A stretch of DNA of 64,000 nucleotides from Octopus sinensis. Taxonomy: Eukaryota. This document shows, one piece after another, positions 24,111 through 36,640 of this stretch. A model generated the notes under the pieces. It worked only from the letters and a program-made list of their open reading frames with translations. It had not been told where the DNA came from and did not search any database. The DNA is taken from positions 61,628,001 to 61,692,000 of the forward strand of contig NC_043006.1 in NCBI RefSeq assembly GCF_006345805.1. Reading direction: 5' to 3'. The translations under genes and the position numbers were made by a program. The stretch's first letter is position 1. Each line of letters starts with the position of its first letter.

Positions 24111-24799
24111 TAGAATAAGAAAGTCGAATTGCTTGATTATGGCTAAACCAAATAATGAAAACTTAACAACAAAATACATCGAACTCATATCGGCCTGTCC
24201 ATTGTTTTAAATTAAGAACAAGTGATGCCCTTTCCGCTGCAACACAATTGGTAATAAAGATAAAAATATTAGTAAGGTAGTAAGACAAAACTCGGTATCA
24301 ATGTGCTGCAAATAACAAAAATGATTCTTATTTTCCAATTTATAGACGTCTCCTGAGAAGTTGTTGATTGATAATAGTTGCGACTCCATCTCCTGATAGG
24401 GAATTTTATATATCAATGGTCAGTGATCTCAAGTATTTTGAAAGCTACATGTACAGCTGTCATAATAATATATTCTCTGGCTAAGTTTTTTTTTTTTCAA
24501 TGTCTATCTATGAAGTGTTACGAGCATCAATACAAACTTGCTTGAAGTAGTCATGATTTCATTGAAGCAACTTTGCTCATAATAAAACAAATTGTTAAAT
24601 TTCTCCTACGATAGAATGTAAATTTAAATTCTGATCAGTGCAAAAATAATGCAATACAAGAAATCTTGCGCCATATATATATCATCTTTAAGCAAAGACA
24701 GTTTTGAATTTTATAAAGTTATATCATTCCGGGTGTTTCTTTAAACAGTCGCTGCGACTGTTTAAAGATCTGAGAAACCGTAATTTCCCCCTTTTTTAC

Positions 24800-25145
24800 T
24801 ATTTCAATTCTCACAGTTTTTGTTTCAGTATGACTTGTCGACCACCACTGAAATTCATGAACCTTGTACATTCTAACAAATCAATATACAGTTTAAATTT
24901 CAAACTTACACCTTCTGTTTTGAACATGATAATTTATCGACTTTGAAACATTTAATTCAACAACATTGAAACATTTTGATTTGTCAACATTGAAACCTAT
25001 AACGATGTTTTTCGAATTTTACACTTTTACCATTGATAAACAAAAAATTTTGTTCAAACTAGTTTGGTATATATGTAAATAAATGTATTTTAAACCTTTA
25101 CGAGGTTTTGGAATTTAAGTGCATTTTCAGCAACACATTTTCAAA
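24800..25145 (+). repeat. Interspersed repeat homologous to 7950-8290 (probable PLE 3' UTR)
   Basis: Shared blocks caacattgaaac, ttttaccatt.ataa.caaaaaa, actagtttggtatatatgtaaataaat and ttttcagcaaca. Confidence 0.55.
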
Positions 25146-25167
25146 CAACATACATACATCAACATAC

Positions 25168-25202
<35 letters not shown>

Positions 25203-25281
25203 ATATATATATTATTTTATATAGGATATAAAAAAACAAGTCAAGATAGAAAATGCTAAATAAATTTTATAAAGAACATTT

Positions 25282-25320
25282 CAGTACCTGTTCGGTCATT
25301 TTGAGACCTTTTCAAACTGT
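25282..25320 (-). ncRNA. Variant minimal hammerhead motif in inverted pLTR (degenerate)
   Basis: The minus strand reads acagt UUGAAAA GGUC ucaaaau GACC GAA CAGGUA cug; one A of GAAA is lost. Confidence 0.5.
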
Positions 25321-25441
25321 ACGATTAAATAATTAAATTTAGAAAAATTAAAAGAAAAGTTCTTTTAAAGGAATATGTGTATAGTGTTCAAATATAAGTG
25401 GCGTTTTCCTTGTTTCCGCCTTTCTCTGTCTCTCTTGTTTG

Positions 25442-26870
25442 CACCTACCGAATACTATAATCACCTACCGAATACTATAAACAAAAACACCCTACTGGTA
25501 TCCTTCGATGTAGTCAACCTCTACTCCAATATCCCCCACAACCTAGGAATAGAGGCAATTCAATTCTGGCTAGAGAATTACGCCAACGAACTCCCACATC
25601 GCATCAAAAAAGAATTCGTAATAGAAGGGGTTAAATTGATCCTGGAAAATAACTTCTTCGCCTTCAAAGACAACTTCTACCGACAAAAATCGGGGACTGC
25701 GATGGGTACACGAATGGCTCCCTCCTTTGCCAACCTAGTCATAGGATATCTAGAAATCAGTCTGTATCGTAGACAGGTATTGCAGCCCTCTCTCCATCTA
25801 CATAGAAAACAACTGGAAGAGATATCTAGATAACTGTTTCATTCTTTGGCATGAAAATATAGAGAAACTCAAAGAATTCCAAGCAATTTTAAATAGACTG
25901 GACGTAAACATCCAATTCACGATGGAATATAGCCAGCAACAACTCCCTTTCCTCGATATCCTCATTAAGAAAGCTAATAATGTAATAGAAACAGACATAT
26001 ATTATAAGCCTACAGATTCTAAGCAATATCTTCCATTCAATTCATGCCACCCCAGACACACTAGAATGAATATCCCATTCAATCTAGCAAAAAGGATATG
26101 TACTATAGTTTCTAATGCAAACAGCAGAGACACACGACTACAAGAACTAAAAGATACCCTCATCACCAGGAACTATCCACCTTCACTTATTGACATATGC
26201 ATTCAACGTGCCCTTCAACTTAACATCCAGGAACTGAGACATCCCAAATCAAAGAAAAATTTACGACCAAAAGCCTTACCATACATCTCAACACACAACC
26301 CTCTCAACAATGGAGCCTTCGGCACCATCCTCATAAACATAACCCTCCTAAAAAAAGACCACAGAATGAACATAATCCTCCAAACACACACGATCATAAA
26401 AAGCAAGAGACTGCCTAAATCTATGAAAAGTCTCCTAACACAAGCCCGAATACACTCTTCAACACAGAAGCCAACAGTAAAAAAGTGTGGAAGACCCAAT
26501 TGCGGGATATGCGATTATCTAATCGAGGGATCAGAGTTCTCCTTCAAACAGGGACAGCGGTTTACAGTGAAAAGCAACTTCACATGTGCTTCGGAGAACC
26601 TGATCTACACACTAACCTGCTCTGGGTGTCAAGAGCAGTACATAGGCCAAACAAAAAGTAGTTTGCGTAAAAGAATGGCCCTGCACAGATCCCAGATAAA
26701 AATTCCCCAAAACAGAAAAAATAGCTTTCAGCCAACACATAGATACTTGCGCCAACAACAAAACACCAGGCTTCAGGATATTCCCCCTCTACCAATTCAG
26801 GGACGATACAACCTCGAGACAACGAATAAGTAAAGAAACTCTCTTTATTACAAAATACAGGCCACTTCTT
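25442..26870 (+). pseudogene. PLE RT + GIY-YIG ORF (frameshifted, catalytic YLDD changed to YLDN)
   Basis: ORFs 25375-25833 and 25922-26833 are joined by a frameshift near 25780, with a second frameshift near 26720. Confidence 0.9.
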
Positions 26871-27049
26871 AACGGGTCGACGACAAACGATTTATACACC
26901 TCAGCATTAGAATAACACAAATACACACGCAAATATTATATTCCAAAGAATCCATTACAAATCAGCCCCAATCACAGCTATAATCCATAACGTGCCAACT
27001 TCAAGTCATACGACACCTCACTACTTCCACTCATTCATATTCTCCCTTC

Positions 27050-27124
27050 TCTTTCTTATTCCTCTTCCTCTTCTTCATCATCATCATTATCATCATCATC
27101 GTCGTCATCACCACCATCATCATC

Positions 27125-27156
<32 letters not shown>

Positions 27157-27335
27157 CTTCTTCTTCTTCTTCTTCTCTTCTTCTTCTTCTTCGTCTCTTC
27201 TTCTTCTTCTTCTTCTTCTTCTTCGTCTCTTCTTCTTCTTTCTTCTTCTTCTTCTTCGTCTTCTTCTTCTTCTCTTCTTCTTCTTCTTCTTCTTCTTCTT
27301 CATCATCATCATCTTCTTCTTCTTCTTCTTCTGCT
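27050..27335. repeat. (TTC)n/(TCA)n tract inside the PLE 3' UTR
   Basis: Polypyrimidine trinucleotide array between the EN stop and the pLTR. Confidence 0.95.
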
Positions 27336-27690
27336 CCACCTTCTAATTCTTAACTTTATCACTAATGCTTTTTAGTATAACACCTACGCAAATTCTATAA
27401 ACAAACCTTTCAATAGAAATATTCTCCTGAATTGAACTGCAACATCTAGCCGCCACTGACCATTCAAAATACGACAATCAAGGCACTCCCGAATGTTTCC
27501 ACCCCTTCTCCTCATCATCCTTCTTCTTCTTCTACCCTACCAATAATTCGACCTCGAACACACAAGTGCAAACAAAAGAGACAGAGAAAGGCAGAAACAA
27601 GAAAAATGCCACTTATATTTAAACACTATACAAATATTCCTTTAAAAAAAAATTTCTTTTAATTGTTCTAAATTTAATTATTTAATCGTT

Positions 27691-27729
27691 ACAGTTGAAA
27701 AGGTCTCAAAATGACCGAAACCGATACTG
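27691..27729 (+). ncRNA. Variant minimal hammerhead motif in pLTR
   Basis: cag UUGAAAA GGUC ucaaaau GACC GAAA CCGAUA cug, with a 4-bp stem II and 3-bp stem I. Confidence 0.6.
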
Positions 27730-27823
27730 AAATGTTCTTTATAAAATTATTTTAGCATTTTCTATCTTGACTTGTTTTTTCATATATATCAACTCGTGTG
27801 TTCCTTTTCACCCTTATATATAT

Positions 27824-27888
<65 letters not shown>

Positions 27889-28439
27889 TATATGTATGTA
27901 TGTATGTATATTTTATGTATGTATGTTTTATATATGTATATATGTATGTATGCACATGTACACATACATAAATGCATGCACTTCACTTCACAGGTCAGAG
28001 TTGCAATGCTACGTGTTAAGCACATCTCGACCGGATGTATACAGAACTTTACCGAACAATATGCAAGACAGATTTTCCAAGAACACTTATACATTACAAC
28101 TTTATATCAGCAAATTCCATTCAGAAATACCAGGCCTCAAGGTATATGTCGCTAAAGAACAAACTCTTAATCGATTAGTATATACTGTCCTACACAGTTA
28201 TTGCTATTAACTTACAAAAACAATAGCCATTAATGCCTAAATCTCACTTAGTATTCTGAAAAGCCTCTATCACATAAAATATACTAATCGATATCGGTAA
28301 TAAGTACAGCGTGTTAATGATGTATGTATCATTCAAATGTAAGCTGTATATGAATAGAAGATATTTAGATATATTTGTATTCATGAATTCTGAGTAAGCC
28401 TAATAAATAAAGCTGAATATTATGTGGCAACTTGCAAGC

Positions 28440-28473
28440 TATAATATATAATATATATATATATATAATATAT

Positions 28474-28565
<92 letters not shown>

Positions 28566-28571
28566 ATAATA

Positions 28572-28614
<43 letters not shown>

Positions 28615-28643
28615 TATATCTATATATATATATATATATATAC

Positions 28644-28687
<44 letters not shown>
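28440..28687. repeat. Interrupted (TA)n array
   Basis: About 250 bp of TA repeat. Confidence 0.95.
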
Positions 28688-28688
<1 letters not shown>

Positions 28689-29287
28689 TCATGGATAAAT
28701 GCGTTTGCACTCAGACACAAGCATAGTTACAGATACCTATAGGTAAGGATTATATTCGTGAGTGTCCTGAGTCTGAGAAAGCCAGGGAAAAACTAATGAA
28801 TATTTCTTCCAGTTTTTTTTACCCTAGTTTTATGTGCCTTTTGCCATTGCTGCCAAGTGTTGTTTTATTCGTATACTTTTGTCGGGTGGGGCGAGTCATG
28901 CTGAATTAAAGTATTCGAATAGGGAAATGAACAGCGTTGTTGTGTATATAATTTTATTTTATAGCAATCAATCTCTTAAATGGCATCAGTACGTCACCAA
29001 ACAATGAAATATCACTACATGAAATAACAGTCGAACTGATATAAAGGCAGTTTGTGACGGAGACAAAAATGAAAGACGGAAAGTACAAAGATACTGAAAA
29101 GAAAAAAAAAATGTTGCTAAGAGTAGGAGAGAAAAAATCTATAAGGATAATAAAATAGAAAGAATAACAGGAGTAGAAAAATATGTCATTAAAGTATGCT
29201 AATTTTTTCGCAATGAAGGAAATTAGTTTTCTGATTCAAGCGTCTAGTTGAAATTATCGATTACAAAAGAATTTAAATAAAAACACG

Positions 29288-29577
29288 TGACCGTGTGGTA
29301 AGAAGTTTGTTTCTCATCGAGGTCGTGTATGTTTTAACGTATGTGTGAATGTATTTGGGCATGTGTCGTTGTGCCTGTGCATCAACTGCTGTTGATGTGT
29401 TTACGCTCCTGTATCTTAGCCGTTCAGCAAAAAAGAAAGATAGAATTTAAAATTAGGCCTTAGAAAATAAGAGAAAATATGTAATGGGTCGATTCATTTG
29501 ACTAAAACTTTTTAGGCAGTGGCCCAGCATGGCTACAGTTTAATTTCTGAAACAAGTAAAAGATAAAAGATAAAAGT
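29288..29577 (+). mobile_element. Decayed SINE family B
   Basis: gtgtggtaagaagttt head, ttagccgttcagcaaaa, and gtggcccagcatggctacag..ctgaaacaagtaaaagataaaaga tail. Confidence 0.75.
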
Positions 29578-30241
29578 AGAATGTGTGAATTATTATAGAC
29601 TCCAGTAAAATTTCCATACTCATAAGAAATTTGTAAGCAGCTTACTTTATTATAGTATAGATATAGCATTAATAGATTGTAAGGGAAAGGTTTGATTTGA
29701 GTAATCTTTATATAATGGAATGTATATTAATAAATAATTCTAGTAAATACGAGAAATGATTAAATTTTAAAATGATATACATTGTCTAAAATATATCTGG
29801 TATGCATAAGTATCATATTAAAATTACATATTCATGGTTTTCAATCCCCCAAAAATATTGATAAGAAAAACATTTTTATAAAATGGCAACGTTCGGAAGT
29901 GATTAATTTATATATGTTTGTAAATTTATTTTGTTAAATACATTTACAGATGGAAAATGAAATTCTCATGGAAATGTAAACTTAAAGACTTCAGTTTTTG
30001 AGTTGAGAAAACTACACTTCATGCTCTGATATTTATGGTTTACTCATCTCTAAGCAATTCTCGTGGACATAAAGGGAACCGATCCTTACATGTTTTCTCA
30101 TACATAACATTCTACTATATTTTTAAGCACTCATAATCATATAACACACGGTCTCGCGCAGACACAAACAAACACGTACATACTCACACACAGAAACACA
30201 AACACCCACACACATATATTCAATTACGCATATATAAAGTT

Positions 30242-30283
<42 letters not shown>

Positions 30284-30314
30284 TGTGTGTGTGTGTGGTG
30301 TATCTATCTATCTA

Positions 30315-30352
<38 letters not shown>

Positions 30353-32389
30353 TATATACATACATATATATAAATATATACACGATGGGGTGCATGTACA
30401 CATACATATGAATATATATGCATGTATCTATCTCTCTATCTATAACAAATATGTATATATGTGTAGATAGCGAGCTAGGAAGCTAGATAGATATTTGAAT
30501 AAATGGGTGGATGGATGGGTAGGTAGGGTAGAGACTAATAAAGAGAGAAGAAATGGACAGAGTAATTACGAACCACTTGGCTGAGCGGGTACGTTAGAGT
30601 ATGAGATATAACTAATATTTGGTAGGTCATCCTTATTAAAATACTGGGAGATTAATGATACTTATGCTTAGCAATCCCTCACTACTGTCTTTACTGAACG
30701 ATTTCTTTGTAAAAATATAGTTGAACTAATTTAAATTGTTTTTTATTCACATCTTCATTTACAATTTACAAATTTGTCTAAAGATATGTTTTCCGTGCAT
30801 ATATTTGCTTTCATCATGTCCATCTAATTTCTATAATTGTTAATTGGTGTCTTTCAATTCAACTATCAATTACTCTCACGGTTAACTTTGCTTCTGGCAA
30901 GGAACGTAACGATCACATCGTGAAATTACTTAATATGATATCAGGCAGGATGAAATATTACAAATAATGGGCCTTTTGTGCTTGATTTGACAGAGCTACA
31001 TCAACCATCAGTAGTCAACTTAGCAGATCATCTGGGACATGGTAGCAAAAGGTATATAACTGCCCTAAGGACCATTAGTCTCCGCAAAATTAACCGGAAT
31101 TATTCTAACAGCTATTGTTCAAAGGTTTGCACGGAAGCAGTTTTTGCTCGATCCCTACTACATACAAAGATTCCCACCTTCCATATTTGTACTTAACCAA
31201 TAAAAAGGCATCGAAAGAAGCATAGTCAATTTTTAGATAGATATCAAGGCATCAGGACATGTATATGACGCATCTACACATACCTTACAAATAAGCTTGT
31301 GCACTTTTGCTTGCATTACTTTTTCAAGTTCACCAAAAAGTAGTAATCTAAGGATTTCAAATGATTTGCAGAGATGTACACAGTATGCAGAGAATTAATT
31401 TTTTGTTGCATGACTATGGAAAATGAAAGTTACTGTTATGGTAAGTAAGATAAGTTAGTTGTTTCCTATAACACTCACTGTAATGTGGCAGGATTACGGA
31501 ACAATATATCAGAATTAAACAAGGAACAAGAATATATGGTAGATGTCTTGAATACGACCAATGCTTGAATAAAGTGTTCCGTCCCGTTCAGACACTGAAT
31601 AGCACTGACAATATTTTAAATGCCAGAGCCAGATAAAAATGAATATAAGCACCCCATAAAACTTTCAGGACACAAAGTAAGATATTGAAGACTTTGGGGA
31701 GCCTGTCTCCAAATGCTAGATGATCGAAAATATGTCCATTACAAACCCAGGATAGTATAGAAAATCTCATATAAGGGCATATAGTCATTGATCCCCCTGG
31801 TAAGACAGGCAACATATTTTCGTAAGCTACCTGCTTGCAAATGATCCAAAAATGATTTCTCTTTTCGTGTGGCTTCAAGTACCCGTTCATCAGGGCTTCT
31901 GGATGGTAGAGGAACATTATACTCTTTATTTAACATGAACGGCACCCTACTCCACAAGTGTATTCGTGCAAGTTGATTGTCTGGGATGGGGCATCGAGGG
32001 TTCACAAACAAGAAGGTGATACCTTGGATTTAACAATGCAGTGCGTGAGAGAACAATACACGTAAAATGAGAGCAGTTATTGAAATTCACGCAGGGTTTT
32101 CCCTTACACTTCTGAAATCTATAGAAGACTTTTGAAAGCTTGTTTGCTACATCTATTCCATCTTTCTACGACTCAGCCTTGGCAATAATATGCAAGACCA
32201 TTTGGTGTTGTTTGCTCTTCGTGAGTTTGGAACACATTTATTCAAGGCAGCCGAAAGGAATTTCATTAGCAAATGATACAAGAAGAGTGTATTGCCAGAA
32301 AGGTTTCTTAATATATCAGACAATAATATCTGGGGTTAAAATAAATGATATGAATCAATACATGTTGCAGTGCGTAATTGTAAATTTTA

Positions 32390-34258
32390 CAGGTGAATTT
32401 CTGAGAGCTGGCTCGAACAAGTATCCACCCTGGGCTGCTAAACGGAAAATTCTATTTTACAAAACTATTTTTGGCTTAAATAACCGCCCACCTATAATGA
32501 GCGCCCATGGGCGGTAATATGGAAATAAAATATTTCACCTTGGTAAAAGAAAGATATTCTCAAAAACCATATATATTTTATTCATTTCCATTGAACTTCT
32601 ATCGTTTCAGTTATCAGGTAGATAGACATAAATTAACTGAAACAGCCTTAAAGGAAGTAGCGTATTAAAAAATATTCTGAAGTTAACAATGGATCTATTA
32701 GGAAATATTGAAACTTCAACTGTTGAAAACATGAATAGAAGCCTCATATGAACAAATATTGTCCTTGGGCATTTATCGTAGAATAATAACCGAATAGTTT
32801 CAAGTTAAATGTAGGAATTTCTTCATTTGTTGCTTGGTCATAATTCACATCAGAGATAATTTCACTTACTTGTATGTCATCTTATTGCTCATTTTTATTA
32901 TTATGTGCATGTGGCGCATTTACATCAAGGCAATACAAAACATCCTATAAGCGTGAGTTTAAGAAGCTATGTTCTACAGCCTGTCCACGAGGAGTAATTC
33001 CACAACATTCAAAAGCACGCTTTATAGATAATTCATTTAAAGTGGCAGCAGCTTGGGTCACAAAGTTAACTATCTCTTGATACGAAGGTATATTGCGATA
33101 TTCTTTATTTGTATACTCCTTTTTTGCCATTTGAAAACCAGTTCAACCATTCAGCACGAAGGGGTTTCTTGAAAGGACCAATAATTGATATATCTAACGG
33201 CTGCAATTAAGATGTTGTTTTAGGAATTGTATTTCTACGTTTGAACACTTCTAGAAGCTCTGTTTTCTTGTGCACTGAGCATTCAACCATAAATAACACT
33301 AAATTTTGAGCATGGGAGAGTTGTGCTGTTCTCTGCCCAAACACTTTGTCAACCCACGCCTGCATGAGTTCATATGTGATTGATCCCCTGTTGGAGACTG
33401 TTAAATACATATTCTTTGGGACCTTGCTTTTAGGCACACCTTTCTAGCAGCATTAATACACAACACAACAGGAAAACGAGCTTTGGTAGAACTACAGTGG
33501 CTAGAAATACATTTTTATTGCCAACAAAAATTCATGGTTGTTGAACACATGTCAACGAATACAGGCTTTTCATCCATATTATAAATCTGGTCAGCATTCT
33601 TATCTGCTGTTAATACTTGAATGCTATCCAGTTAGTCACTTGCGATTTGTGCCTTTTCTCCAAGTGTTTTATTGTTTGCTTGCCCAGCATATGTAATCTT
33701 TCTCAAAGTCAGTTTATTTTGTTTCATCAGAACATCTAAAGTTCTTCATTTCAATTCAAAAGTATATTCCCGTACACGACGATCATATATAATTATATTG
33801 TTCGCACGCTGAGTATCAATCCACTGTAAGAGCTCACTTTGTAGATCTCTATGTGTTGGTCCTCTACATCCAACAATTGATCTGCGCTTCCTCTTGTTTG
33901 ACATATTGATTAATTCAGTTCATTTTGTGCACCATTCTCTCAACTGTTTTCTATCAATACCTAAGTACCTTGATGCAACTGACAAATTGCCAAAATGTAC
34001 TTTCACTCATTTAATAGCAGTCAATTTTTCATTAATAGTATATGATCGTTGAATACGTTTTGACATATTTTCCTTCGACTTCATTACTGAGAATAAAAAT
34101 CCTTTGAATTTATCCGCGGATGTAGAGCAAATGAACGTCTAAACTGAATGCAAACAAGAACACAGACCCTGTTTCAATTTTTAACCACAAATAACCGCCC
34201 ATCCAAATAAGCACCCATCGACGATCTAATGGATGGGCGGATTTTCGGAAACCCCCGG
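32390..34258 (-). mobile_element. pogo/Tigger-like DNA transposon (CENP-B HTH + DDE_1 pseudogene) with degenerate TIRs and TA TSDs
   Basis: ATG at 34066: MSKRIQRSYTINEKL...ASRYLGIDRKQLREW; IYNMDEKPVF; LFMVECSVHK; AFECCGI. Ends are ta|caggtgaatttctgaga and tttcggaaacccccgg|ta. aaataaccgccca occurs near both ends. Confidence 0.85.
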
Positions 34259-35049
34259 TATGATGCTAAACAATCTGATACATAAACATAACTTACCGAT
34301 TTTGATACTTCGTAATCTAACCACCAAGACTTTGCAAATGCCGGACTTTACGCACTAAATATGTTTTGACTGACGTTCAACAGTTGACTAAATCACCAGA
34401 CATCTCTAATCTGGCCGTGGTGACGTTTGCGTCAGTTTTCCATCGCCTAGACAAATATGTTGACTCAAAATACAAGCACTTCTGCAAAAGAGACACCACG
34501 TGCTCGGTCATCAGTGTATTTCTACGTACCTACTAACTAATTATTGAAATTCGCAAAGAGCTTCTTCGGGTCATATGATTTAATAATTGTTTAAACGCTA
34601 TCACCATATTTCACGTTACGTAGGATAATATAGATAATGTTCTCAATATAATTCTGTAGTTTTTCAAATGGTTTACTATATAATATGTAGGGAATTGAGT
34701 AAATTGAGAGGGGAATTGTGTAAATATTTTCATTCGGATATTTGCATACAGCTAATTCCTAAGGGAGTTCAGTTCTTAGGAATAAATAAATAAATATAGC
34801 AACTGTCAAAGCAGAAGTGTTTGCTAGTATCTAGAAGTCGACGGAGGTGGCGTTTTATCGTGTCTCCGATAATTTATTTGGCCTCTTATTGACCGCTCCT
34901 TCCCCTCTGTCCGTGTTTATACCTCTGACTAAAGAGACCGGTTCTTGCATGGAAGTGTCTATTCAAAAGCCCACGAGGGATCCAGCAATCATTTCCTTTC
35001 TTCTTATCTCTCAGCAGATTTGTATAATAAAATTTATGCTAGTATTAAT

Positions 35050-35743
35050 ATCATAATGACACAAAGAGTTGTAGTATACCATTATATAATAAACTGGGAG
35101 TACCGGTTTCGCGTCTTACGCTTATCAAACTTATCTCAGATTTGACTCAAAGATGCGTCATTTTTGTTGTTGTTGACAATAAATTTTGCAGTCAAGGGAT
35201 GTAACTCTTCAATATATCTGAAAATTACAAGTTACTTGTATTGTCAGAGTCTTTGGAGTGATATTTTTAATGCATGTAGATTTGTGAGACATATACATAG
35301 GTTTTAGGGGTTATTTACAAAAAATTCAAGGGTAGAGAGAGAAATTGAATGTTGTTCTGTTCTTGTGGAGGCTGGTTGTTACTAAAATGAATTAATGTTC
35401 AGTTCTGGTTTATATTTCTGGATGACTGAGGCTACGTTAATAAGACGCGTTTGTATTTAAATCCAGTCAGCAAATTTTTACAAAGGATATATATAGTATT
35501 GTGGTTGCAATTTTTTAGCACATGCGTCAATATGTTCGCTGAGATGTATCTGGCGATATTGTGGTGAAGTTATTTGTTGTCGGTGCACCGTACAGCGGCG
35601 GCAAATAGAGTTTCCTGTACTTCTGACATAATTATTCTGGCAGCCCGAGCATTTGGTCGGATAAAATAGATTTTCGGACACACAAGTGAAATCTGATTTC
35701 ATTTTAAAGTGTTGCCCTTGTTTCAAATGGTATGCTGACCCTT

Positions 35744-35745
<2 letters not shown>
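35050..35745 (-). mobile_element. Neptune-type PLE 3' fragment (EN + 3' UTR/pLTR)
   Basis: EGSAYHLKQGQHFKMKSDFTCVSENLFY..KCSGCQNNYV...HRQQI...SEHIDACA is homologous to EGSEFSFKQGQRFTVKSNFTCASENLIY at 26525-26760. Confidence 0.9.
35099..35131 (-). ncRNA. Variant minimal hammerhead motif
   Basis: The minus strand reads agu UUGAUAA GCGU aag ACGC GAAA CCGG UA^ cu; stem I is weak. Confidence 0.6.
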
Positions 35746-35787
<42 letters not shown>

Positions 35788-35805
35788 AAGGGTCAGCATA
35801 CCATT
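35726..35805. repeat. Perfect 80-bp palindrome centred on (AT)20
   Basis: aatggtatgctgacccttcc-(AT)20-ggaagggtcagcataccatt. Confidence 0.97.
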
Positions 35806-36252
35806 ATGCGTTTGTAAGAATTACACATTGAGAGGAGAGTCACTAAGTGGTCTGCTTGCATGCTGAATGATGTGAAAACTCGAAACTACAAAAAATACAT
35901 TCTTATTTATAGCACGTTGAATGTAGGAGGGCAAAACAATTTCAAAACAATAAAAATGACCAGTTATTTCACTGAGAGTTACCAAGACGTATTATAAAAT
36001 GCCGTATCATAAACTTTGGTAAAATGAAAGCGATATTGATTCAAAATTAAAGATACAACAACAATAAAAGAAACGATGAGGAAGTTCGTTATTTAGTTTA
36101 GCAATAGATGACGCTCATGTATTGTGAGCAAAGACAAATACATCATTTTGTTCTTGGTAACTGACAGTGTCTTTTGCGCTGCCGTCACGTGGGGTATGCG
36201 TATCTCCCGCTCTACGTGATTACTGTTTTAATTGTATTCATTGTGTTAGATC

Positions 36253-36640
36253 ATGGACAGGAAAGGCTGTGTGAATCACTCGGACAACTTTTGTTATATC
36301 TGTGTAAAATTGGCTCCACGTCACTAGCGGAAGAACATTGCCACCAAATTAAAAACTGCCCATAAATATTATTTCGGGTGTAAATGTGGGGACCAAGACA
36401 AGACATGGACACCTCATATATGCTGCACTGTGTGTTACTCAGAGCTTACACAGTGGCTGAATGGAAAACGGAAGGGAATGCCTTTTGCTGTGCCAGTGGT
36501 ATGGCGTGAGCCAAATAATCATGTCTCTCATTATTACGTTTGAATGACTAATACTAGTGATTTCTGAAAGAAGATCAAAGCCAATTTGTGCGTGCAGATT
36601 GTAAGTCCGCTCTAAAACCGGTCCTACATGGCTTCGAAAA
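36253..36640 (+). mobile_element. Chapaev-3-like (CMC superfamily) transposase N-terminal fragment
   Basis: MDRKGCVNHSDNFCYIC...YYFGCKCGDQDKTWTPHICCTVC...WLNGKRKGMPFAVPVVWREPNNH, with in-frame stops. The family name is from recalled motif similarity. Confidence 0.65.

Larger units (their letters stand above)
25227..27786 (+). mobile_element. Neptune-type Penelope-like retroelement, 5'-truncated, with an inverted pLTR copy at its 5' end
   Basis: RT LVSFDVVNLYSNIP, QKSGTAMGTRMAPSFANL, WKRYLDNCF, PFLDI, YYKPTD..YL..SCHP. Cys-rich linker KCGRPNCGIC. EN LIYTLTCSGCQEQYIGQT..RMALH...QH. 25227-25444 is the reverse complement of 27566-27786. Confidence 0.93.

Noticed and set aside
27980-28300. Protein-like stretch possibly from a PLE N-terminus
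   Set aside because: Only a vague INL...KA resemblance with multiple stops; it cannot be assigned.
31372-31440. 69-nt Cys-rich symmetric exon candidate ending in GTAAGT
   Set aside because: Such short acceptor-donor pairs are expected by chance in 64 kb, and there is no homology support.
31560-32360. GC-balanced segment with overlapping 90-125 aa ORFs next to the pogo element
   Set aside because: No motif recognised in any frame; probably a decayed unknown repeat.
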